Source of the DNA: an uncultured Clostridia bacterium
GTDB lineage: Bacteria > Bacillota > Clostridia > Christensenellales > Borkfalkiaceae
DNA: 64,000 bases
Direction of reading: 5' to 3'
NCBI GenBank assembly: GCA_947631905.1
Contig: CANRND010000010.1
Location: 2,827-66,826, forward strand
Below, in pieces: positions 27,885 to 37,900 of this stretch; position 1 is the stretch's first letter; the number at the start of each line of letters is the position of its first letter. The position numbers and the translations under genes are program-made. The notes below the pieces were generated by a model. The model made no database searches and was not told the origin of the DNA. It saw only the letters and a list, made by a program, of their open reading frames with translations.

Positions 27885-28254
27885 GGCCCTTCGACAGGCT
27901 CAGGGTGACGTATTTAGAAAGGACCCCCTCCATTGGAGGGGGATTAAGGGGGTGGGCAACATTCCTAATTGTCATGTTGAGCGGAGGCGTAAGCCGAAGT
28001 CGAGACATCGCCTTGCTTCTAACACTGCGGTGACCCTTCGACAGGCTCAGGGTGACGTTTTTAGAACGCACCTTTTCTAAATACGTCATGTTGAGCGGAG
28101 GCGTAAGCCGAAGTCGAAACATCTCTACTGTTTCTAAAATTGTCATGTCGACCGTAGTGGAGACATCTCATCCGCATTATTATAAGGTGAGATTTCTCGA
28201 CTACGCTACGCTCCGCTCGAAATGACAAGAGGGAAAACGTAGGTCGAAATGACA
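27885..28254. repeat. Cluster of dispersed hairpin modules
   Basis: Modules lie at 27885-27909 and 27971-28016 (TGTT/GACA). Further modules: 28029-28055 (CCCT/AGGG), 28085-28137 (TGTT/AACA) and 28142-28169 (TGTC/GACA). An inverted copy lies at 28189-28226 (TTTC/GAAA) and a partial copy at 28239-28254. Confidence 0.75.
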
Positions 28255-28257
28255 TTA

Positions 28258-28845
28258 GTCGCCCTCCCCCCCTCCCTGCCCTCCCCCCAAACAAGTTGGG
28301 GGGAGGCGGAAAATAAGGTTGCCCCCTCCCCTACCCCTCCCCCAACAAGTTGGGGGAGGGCAAGAAAAGCTGTCCCCCGCTCCGCGGGGGAAAGTGGCGA
28401 ACGCAGTGAGCCGAAAGGGGGGAACATTGTGAAATAAGGTTGCCCCTCTCCCTGCCCTCCCCCCAAACAAGTTGGGGGGAGGCGAAAAATAAGGTTGCCC
28501 CCTCCCCTACCCCTCCCCCGCGCGAATGCGCGGGGGAGGGCAAGAAGAGCTGTCCCCCGCTCCGCAGGGGAAAGTACCCGAGCAACGCGAGGGGGAAGGG
28601 AGGAAGCATTGTGAAAATAAGGTTGCCCCCTCTCCCTGCCCTCCCCCCAAACAAGTTGGGGGAGGCGGAAATTTGCCCCCTCCCCTACCCCTCCCCCAAC
28701 AAGTTGGGGGAGGGCAAAGAGAGCTGTCCCCCGCGAAGCGGGGGAAAGTGGCGAACGCAGTGAGCCGAAAGGGGGGACATTGTGAAATAAGGTTCCCCCT
28801 CTCCCTGCCCTCCCCCCAAACAAGTTGGGGGGAGGCGAAAAAAGG
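28258..28845. repeat. Tandem array, about 3.3 copies of a ~180-bp unit, each unit containing three GC hairpins
   Basis: The motif ccctgccctccccccaaacaagttggggggaggcg recurs at ~28276, 28452, 28634 and 28804. Units run 28258-28433, 28434-28616, 28617-28786, with a partial unit at 28787-28845. Confidence 0.9.
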
Positions 28846-28879
28846 AACTTCCCGAGGGTTGCCCCTCGGGAAGTTCCTT
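28836..28879 (-). terminator. Rho-independent terminator of the 3074-aa gene
   Basis: 17-bp perfect stem AAGGAACTTCCCGAGGG-ttgc-CCCTCGGGAAGTTCCTT (28842-28879) followed on the minus strand by UUUUUCG. A second bulged hairpin lies at 28925-28953, directly after the stop. Confidence 0.75.
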
Positions 28880-28964
28880 GCTATTGGACTATCAATCAAC
28901 CAGATTGTAGTTAGCTGTTTTCACCACCCCTGCCCCGCGAGGGGCAAGGGGTGATTTGCTTGTG

Positions 28965-31900
28965 TTACTCGTCTCTTGCTGCAAGCCCCGTAAGACCTTC
29001 GATAACTTTCTGAGCAACCTCGGGTGTAACGGTCTTATCTTCCGTAGCCGCCGTCTTGCTATCAGCGTTACCGAGAGTGGTGTACACGAACACGTTCTGG
29101 CCGAGCTTGAACGCAACCTCGACATTGGTGACCGTGAGTTTCACGAGAGCGGAAGTAGCTTCCGACGCTTTCGCGCTCACAACTGCTACGGAGATTTCGG
29201 ACACGGTTGTTTCCGTGGCTTTCTTGTAGTAGTAGTCGAAGTTTTCAAGCTTCGTGGTCTTCGTTTCGTCGGCTTCCCCAGCTTTCAACACGTTGGAGGG
29301 AGCGTAATCAGTCACTTTCTCCAGGACCGCGAACTCGGTCTTTTCGCCCTTAACGGTGACCGTCACAGGCGCGTCGTAACCGCCGCCCTTTGCGTTGACG
29401 ACAAGGTTCGCTCTCGTTTCTTTCGGGAAACCATTGCTGCCGCTACCGAGCCACGTTACTTCTTCGCCATTCGATTCCCACTTGTCGTCCGAAGAGGTTA
29501 CAAACGTGCAATTCTCGAAAGTAACGTCACCGGAGCAGACCTGCACTGCGGCAACACTGCCGTAGAACAAGCAGTTCGTAGCCACGATCGTCGTCTTGCC
29601 TGCGATCCAGAGGGCAAGGCCGTTGTTGGAGAGGAACTCGGAATCGGTAAGCGTCACCGTTGCGCCGTCCACATTGCCGTTGACATACAGAGGAGTATCT
29701 GCAGTCTCAGTGCCGCTGCATGTTACGGTGCTGCCCGTGAGGGTGATGTGCGCGGTGCTTTCCTTAGCCACTGCTTCCGCGGGATAGGTCAAATTGATCC
29801 CGCCGGTGAGGTCCACGTCATTCAGCGTAACGTTGCCCTCTTCGAGAACAGTGACATTTGCAGTCACGCTGCCGCCCTTGACGGTGAGCGCTGTATCGTC
29901 GCTCACTTTGATGCCATTCGTCACCGCAAGCGTGTTGCCGTTGAGGTTGATCGTGGTGTCTTCGGCAACGGTGAGCGCTGTATCGGAAGAAACGGTCAAG
30001 GTTTTGCCCTGTGCTTCCGCTGCGGGAGCGGTGAAAGTAAGTTCGCCGCCGTTGGCAAGAACGTCTTTCAACGTATCCGCCGCAGTTCCGGCATCCGGTG
30101 CAGTCTCTTCGTTGATCTTGATAGACGCATAGGTAGCTTCCCCTGTTCCGGGCGTCGTATCGTACTTCACATCAAAGCTGTTGCGGGTAGCCGTGCCGCA
30201 GAAGAATGCGTTGGTACCTTTCGTGAGAGCTTCGCCGCCGATAAACGCTTTCGCGGTATTCAAATCGGAGAAAGCAACCGTCGTCTTCGTGCTGTTATAA
30301 GCGACAACGGAAAAGAGTTTGGTGTTCGCGTCGGCAATCGTCGCCGTAGCGGACTTGCCATAGCCGGGAACGGCCACTTTGCCCGTGCCTTTCTTGAGGG
30401 TGTCCTTTTCGGTATCCCACTCGTACACGTCAGAGTTGACGCCCGTTGTAGGTTGACCCTGGCCAGCCGCTTTCGCCGTAACGGTTTCAACTTTGCAGTC
30501 GGTAATCATAGCGTCTACCGCGCCGTATGCATCGCCCTGGCCGTTACCGATAACAAGCACTGCGAGAACTTCCTTAGGAAGGGTGGCGCCTGCGCCCCAC
30601 TTCGTCTCGGTGGAAGCAACCCCGCCGCCAACGAACGTGCAACCCGCAAACACGGCTTTCTTCGCCGCGCGGACCCACACTGCGCCGCTCGTTCCGTAGA
30701 ACGTGCAACCGCCCGCATAGATCTCGGCATTCTTGTTGTTCACGAGAACTGCAAAGCTACTACCCTCCGACGCGTCAGCCGTCTTGGTGTCGTTGATGAA
30801 CGCGGAGTTGATCAGAATGAATTTCGCGCTCGTCTGGTCCTGAGCGTTGGTGCCGAGCACCTTGCCGACGGAGGAGTAAACAACGGAGTTGCTCACGTTG
30901 ACCGTTGCGCCGTTCTTTGCATAGATCGCATAGGGTGCGCCGTTAACGTTTTCGCCACTGCTTACGCTGAGGTTACCGCCCTTGATGTTGAGTTCGGCAT
31001 TTTCGCCGTCCACCAACACGCCGATGTTTCCGCTCGTGCGCTTCTGCACCAAAAGGGTGCCGTCGCCCTCGACCGTGAGTTTGCCCTTTACGTCGAGACC
31101 CTTTGCAAGGTCTACCTGGCTGCCCTCGCCGATGTCGATTTCAAGCTCTACGCCGGCGGGGATTTCAAGAGAGGAGTCGCCGCTGACGGAGAAGCTGAGG
31201 TCCTGAGGCAGAGCGACATAGCCGCCCTTCGTTGCCAAGCTCTCAACGAGCTTGGCAGCGGTTGCTTTTTGTTCTTCTTCGGTATCACCGAACGCTTCTG
31301 CGGTCATGTTCTGAGGAAGCACGACGCTGAATGTTGTCTTAGATGCGTCTTCTTCGGACTTGTAGCCGCGGGTCGTGTCAATGAAAGTCTTCGTATTGAC
31401 GTAGCTCTTAGGATCGAGCGTTACCGTCGTCTTGCGCACTTCACCCTCGCTCTGCGCGACAGATACTACCGCGATCGCGGGATCTTGTGCGGTGCAATCG
31501 GTCTCGGTAAGCGCAACCGTCATGTACTTCTGCGCAAGCTCATCCGCATTGATCTCGTTGACGAGCTTGAAGTTGCAGTTGGTAAGGGTGACTTTCGCGT
31601 TGCCATAGGAGGCCGCCGCATCCCAGTTACCTGCGATCAACGCCGCGCTCGTCGCGATCTGCTCGCCACTGCTGTCGGTGCCTTTCTGACCTGCAACCGT
31701 CTCAAATACGCAATCGGTGAAGACTGCGGAGCCGCCACGGATGTAGGCGCCTGCCCACTTGCCTGCGAACACGCTATTCGTTGCCGTGACTGCAACCCAA
31801 CGGTTCCAAATCGAAAGTGCAACCGAACCGGTGCTTGCAAACACACTGTCTTCGATGACTACCTGGCTGCCGCCCAGTGCCGCTTTACGGTTGAATGTGA

Positions 31901-34900
31901 ACGGCGTATCATTGCTCACAACCGTCGCATTCTTAAAGGTAAAGGTGTTGTACTTTCCTTGCACAGCAATTTGTGTGTCGCTCGTCGAATCCGCCTCTTC
32001 GAGGACAACCTTTACGTTTTCAAACGTGAGGTCAACATTGTTCCACGCTTCCAGCAATCCGTTGACGTCGGAGAAGTCTACCGTAGCGCCTTCCTCGCCC
32101 ACGAACTTAACCTTTCCGTGGAATTCAATACCGGGTTCCACAGCTGCGGTGTCGGCCTTGAAAGTAACGGTCTTATTTTTGCCGACAACCACGGTCGTTT
32201 CACTGCCGAGTTTGCCGACCTGGCCCTCGCCCTTCAAGGTGAACGTAACATCCTCGTTGACGATGTTTAAGCCCTCGTCAAAGATGCTCGCGCCGGCGGC
32301 GATAGTGCCGTCCTCAACGCCACCCGTCAAAACGTCTTCCGTACGGACGAGCTGAGCTCTGTACTTCGTATCTTCGAGGTGCTTCTCGTCAGCGTTCCAC
32401 TTGTCGACGAAAGCGTTCCAGATGTCGATCTGGCTCTCGGTAGCAACTTGGTATTGCTCACGATCGCCCTCACCGGAGGTGGTGTCGCCCCATTCACGGT
32501 CGAAGTGCATGCCGCAGATGACGCAGGTAAGAAGCATGCTTGCATTCTTGCCGGTCTTGGGATCGGGTGCCTTGTAGCTGGTCGTATACTCCCAATAATT
32601 CTCAACAGGAGCACGGGTATGGCCTACCGCTTCGTAATCCTTATGACGCTTAGCATCGATATGTCCGCAACGTTCGGTGGTGCCGCGTCTCGGGTTCACG
32701 CACACATAATCGGTGTAGTAACCGTCTTCGCAGACCCTCTCGTCGAACTTCGCCGCATAGTGGTAGTTGCCATCCTCATCGGTCCAGCCGTTATCCCACT
32801 GGTCCTGGGTGTATTCTTCGAACTCATCTTCGATGACCTCGCCCTTTTCGTTGACCTTAGGCAGATAGTATCTGATCTCGTACTTGTGAGGAGCCTTATC
32901 GATCTCTTCTACGAAGTAGTTGTTCGTCGAATTAGCCTTGTTCTCGGAAGTGGTCCAGTTCACCTTGCCTTTCTCGGTGCCCATGGTCTGGTCCCAAGTC
33001 AGCTTCTTGCCCTCTGCGTCGCCCTTGATCATCGAGTTGTAGATGACTTCGAGTTCGCCCGAGCAAACATAGATGTTGTTGCCGACTTCCCTGCCGGCGC
33101 CGGTTTCGTCGCCCTCGTAGCAGGTGTCTTCGAGGATCGTCCAATCTTTCGCCCAATCGAACTTCGTCCAGTCGAAGTCAGCGGCCTGCGCGGCGGCGCT
33201 GAGTTCGATCACGCCTTCAAGCCATTTGACCTTGCCGTCCTTGAACGCCTTGAGAACTTCGATCCACGCTGCCTGCAAAGACTTATCTTCGATCTGGTTG
33301 GCGGGATTTTCGGGAGTGCCGGGCTTCGGATCTACCCGAAGGAGCTTGTGGCTCGCTTTGGTACCGATGGGCTGGCCGCAGGTGTCGCAAAGGTCTTTAT
33401 GCTGGCAGTTTGCAACGTGCGTGTCGTAACCGAAGTCGCCGACGTACGGGTCGTCATGCGGGTTCTCGGGATCCTTCTTCGTGCAAAGTCTGCCGGTGAA
33501 GCCTTTCTCTTCGTTCGGTGTGAAGTGATACCAGTGGCAACGGAGAGATACCCAGCAGGACGGGTTGCCGTTGTCGTTCATAGGACGCCACTTGGAGACA
33601 ATACCGTTCGTGATATTCTCCCAAAGAAGCTGCGCGTTCACTGCATCGAACAACGCCTGGAGCTTCACAAAATCTACGTCTTTGGTACCCTCTTTAAGAG
33701 GAAGTGTGATTGTAGGATACTTCGCCCGACGTGCCGCGCCGTTCGTTGCGTCGTTGAGCCATTCGGCGGGGATGAAGAGGGCGTTCCAATACTTCTGCAA
33801 CGTGTAGAGGTTGAGAAGGTCGGCGTCCATTGCGGCCTGCGCGGCGGTATCTTTCTGCTCTTTGCTTGCCGCAGTCCACCTTGCCTCGTCGGTTGCGCCC
33901 GCTACGGTGCTGGGAAGATACTTCGCAGCAGCGGCGGCATTCCAGTAGGTGTCAACCTCGTTCAGGTTGTAGTAGACATGGGTAGGAGCCTCGTCTTCAA
34001 CTTCCGCAGGAATCGTTTCAATATCCGTGGTAGGATAACCCGTTACGCTGCTTGCCTGATACTTCTCGTAAGACATTACGTGATCGGTTGCGGCATAGTA
34101 GCCTGCGGTGAACTCATCTTCTCCGGTGTAATTGCCCGTCGAGAGGGTGTACTTCGTATGATGAGGGCAGTTTTCACGGCCGCATGCGCCGAGAATACCG
34201 TACTTCTCTACCGCCTGCTTGAAATCATCGGACAGATGTTCCGGATTGAACTGACCGGCCTGGACCCAACCTGCATCCGCCGTACCTTTAAGATAACGGG
34301 CTTTACCGGTTTCATAAGGCTTCGTAGGATCGTAAGCGGGGTTAGTCTTGTACTTGCCTGTCTGAGTGTCCTTATCGGGTTCTACCCACTTCACCATGTA
34401 GCCGGCGTCGTAGAACACTTTCAGTTCTTCGCTCTGGTAGTCGGTGCAGAGAGGATCGGTCTTAAGGTTGATGACGGTGCCGTTCTCTCTTCTCCAAAGG
34501 TGACCGGCGATGGGAACTGTGGTTGCCGCGAAGTCGATGGTCTTGTTCGCGGGAAGAGCCTCGGTTTGAGCTGTGCCGCTCTGGGTGTAGTAAACGGTGA
34601 TATCGCCGGCGGTGGTGCCGTGTCCGTTCGTCTTGGCAAGATCCTTAGCGATCGCAAGGATGTCTGCTTTTTGATCGGCGGTAAGGCTGAGCTTGCCATC
34701 CTTATACACCTGGCCGCGTGCCGCTGCGTACAGTTCGGTGGTTGCAAACTGAGCGCCTTCCTGAAGTTTCGCAACTTCTGCTGCAAGGTAGCCGCCCTTG
34801 AGCGTTTCGCCGATCTTGTAACCGTCGGTATAGTAAGTATCGATGATGTTGTTGAGATAGCCGTGGTTGAGGAGCCAGTCGAACTGTGCCGCTTCCGTCT

Positions 34901-37900
34901 TAGCCGCGTCTACCTGCATACCCGCCGTATCCATGACCGTAAGAGCTTCCCATTCGAGCTGAAGGTCAGTCTTGGTATAGGTCTTGCCTTCGCCGCGGTT
35001 CTCTTCGGCAACAGCGGCCTCGAAGAGTTGTTTATCGGTCTTATACTCTCTCTTGCTGTCTACGACCTGCTTCAGCTTGGTCTCAACCGAATTGCTACCG
35101 CTCTGATAGGTAAGCTTATCGCTGCCGATAGTAGCGGTTCCTTTCAAGCCGCATACGGAGCAGATGTAAACATACTGTCCGGGAGCGTCGCATTCTTCGG
35201 CGGCCAACAGGGTCACTGCGTCGAACGTATGGCCGAGAACAACGGGCGTCATCGCCCCACTCTTGAAGGTGTACAGTACCTCGAACACCCCGATCTTATC
35301 GCTGAGAAGAACATTGCTATGGGTGAAGTAGTCTTCGGCCTTTAAGGTCGGATTAAGGAAGCCCGTTCTCTCCAGCATAGCTTGCAGTTCCGTCGCGTAA
35401 GGCCCATACTTTTTATTACTGGCCTCATCAACCATGAGTTCGCCAAGTCCCTCATAGCCGATCGTGGGATCGATTACACTCCAATCTACTGTGGTATCGC
35501 TGTCACGGTAATCTTTAAGGTAGCCGTACTTCAAAAGCCACATCAATTTGGCATCATCCCCGAGGGTCTTAACCTTATTCCACGAAAGATCGAGGTCGGT
35601 CTGGTAGCCGGTGGGAGCCGCCGTCGTGGACGCATAGCCTGCAACAACGAAATCGTCGTCGCCCGTTACGGACTTATAAGGAGGATTTACAACAACCTTT
35701 CCGCCTTCCGTCGTAGCGTCGGGATCGCCGGTCTTCTGTCCGCACTCGGAGCAGAAGTATACATGGCGTTCGTACATTACGCAGTTGCCGATAACCAATT
35801 CAAACTTATCGTTGAACTTATGGCCCACAACGGGAAGTTCGAACGCTTTCACAACAGCAACCTTAGTGTCAGGATCGTTTTTCGCCTGCTCGGGCCCGAG
35901 GAGCATGTTGCTTGCAACATTCTTAGTCGCGGTATTCTCTGCGCTGTAACCGTTGTAAAGGGTAGCAAGGTCGAAGCTGCTGCCGAGCTTATCAAGATAA
36001 CCCTGGATCGTGGCCGTAGCGGTCTCTGTCAGTTCGCCGTCCTCATACCAGCCGTCTGCGGTGGATTTGCTGATGCTGCCGAACACTTCGTCATCTTTTC
36101 CGTCACGGACAAGATAGCCGTGCTTTGCAAGCCATGCAAATACGGTGATCCTATCTGCCGGAGCAAGCCCTTCCCATTCCAACGTAAGGTCGGACTTCAA
36201 CGTTGCCGTGTCATCGGCGGTCGCCTTACCGGAGACGACCTTGAGAAGATCTGCGAGTGTCTTAGGGTTGGTGTTGCTGTCCGGGAGATTCTTCAGAGAG
36301 TAAGGGGAAGCTGCGTCTTTCCGATAGAACAACGCATCCGCATTCTCTGTCGTACCGGTTTGGGTAAGTTGATCGAACGTCTTTCCGGTGCTGTCCTTGA
36401 AGCACACCTTGCAGACGAGGACATAGTCCTGCGCGGTAACGCAGTCCTGCGTGTTGATGTAAACGGGAACGAACTCATGGCCTTTCACGGGTTTCATTTC
36501 CGTAGCCATGTCGTAAGCCTTCTTGTTCGTCTTCCAATCTTTCGACATGTCGTTAATGACTTTGCCGTCAAGATCGGTCATGTAGCTTCTTGTATAGTTG
36601 AGAGACTCTTTGCTAACCTCTACAAGGCCATTTTTCATCGTTACTTCGCCGTCCTTAAAGAAGAAGAAGTAACCGCACTTATCGCAGTAGTAGTAGTCTT
36701 CCGTGCCGTCCATCGTGCAGGTTGCGTCTTTCTCGGGTGCAACTTGCTGGAAGTCATGCCCGTCGGGACTGCCGAACGTGTACGCATAGCGAACGCCGCA
36801 CTCCATGCACTCTACCACGATCAACGCAGGGTCGACGCAGGTAGGAGCGGAGTAGTAAACGATGTTGAGGCCGTAAGTGTAAGTCTTATCGGCATCGTTT
36901 TCCTTGACCGTGAATTTGCCCTCTTTGAGAAGCTCGTTGAGGTCTTGCGTCTTGCTCACGCTGAGTTCGCTAAGATCCTTGATCTGATCGGCGGGATAAG
37001 CGTTGTTCCAGACCTTGACCTTCTCGGCGTCGGTCATCGGGCGCTTGTTGTTGCCGTCCTCATCCGCAACATAATAATAGTTGTGGTCGTTGGAGGAACT
37101 GCTGCTGTCGTTGGCAACATAAGCGCCACCGCAGGTCTCGCAGTGGTAAACGCTGACTACCTTAGAAGTGCATACGCCGGTCTTGTCCGTATCGGTCACC
37201 ACTTCGGTCGTTTCGACATAGTGGTGCTGATAGGTGGGCTGGCCGACTTCGGTCCATTCGCCTGTCCACTCATTGCAGTTTGCGCAATGGCCCTCTACGC
37301 GTTCGGGCGTAATGCAGGTCGCGGCGTAATGGTGAGCGGGATCGGTTCTACCCGTCTTGAACTCGGTCGCGTGGCCGGTCGCCATAACGGTGACGTCGCC
37401 ATCTTTCACTTCGTCGCAGAATGCGCAGCCCCAAACGTAGGTGTTGGGCGTGGTGCAGCTGTACGTCGTGCCTTTCTTGAGTTCGAGAACCCAGTTATGT
37501 ACGTGCGCGGAAGTACCCGTGCCGCCGACAAGCAGATCGTAAAGGCTTTCCTGGCTCACGCCCTTTGCATAGTTATTGTAAAGAGCGTTCACTTGCTTGT
37601 AGAGCGAGCTGATAACTTCGCCAAGCGTACTGCCGCTGCTGGCTTCATCCACGAGCGCGAGATCGCCGATGTCGAAATCGAAATCGAGATCGAGCGCGTC
37701 GAGCGCGGACTTGATCTCCGCCAACTTATCATAAAGGCTGGGGATCGTGCTGTCCGAAGTCGAAAGCGCGGCAACGATCTTTTGCGTCAATTCGTTCACG
37801 CCCGAGGAGGTGGTATCAACTTTGCCGCTGATGGTGTTGAGAACGGTCGTAAGATCGTCCTTGACCTGTTGCAGCGTCAAACCCTCCGCAGCGTCTTTCG

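Noticed and set aside
28258-28845. Possible CRISPR array.
   Set aside because: The whole ~180-bp unit repeats, so there are no unique spacers between short repeats. The period is far from the 55-75 bp typical of CRISPR, and no cas genes or leader are present in the window.
28206-28954. Overlapping ORFs of 62-205 aa on both strands (Pro/Gly/Glu-rich, PQLVGGGVGEG-type) across the tandem array.
   Set aside because: Several frames on both strands are open at once. The periodicity is that of the DNA hairpins, and there are no RBS or start contexts. I interpret this as translation of GC-rich palindromic repeats.
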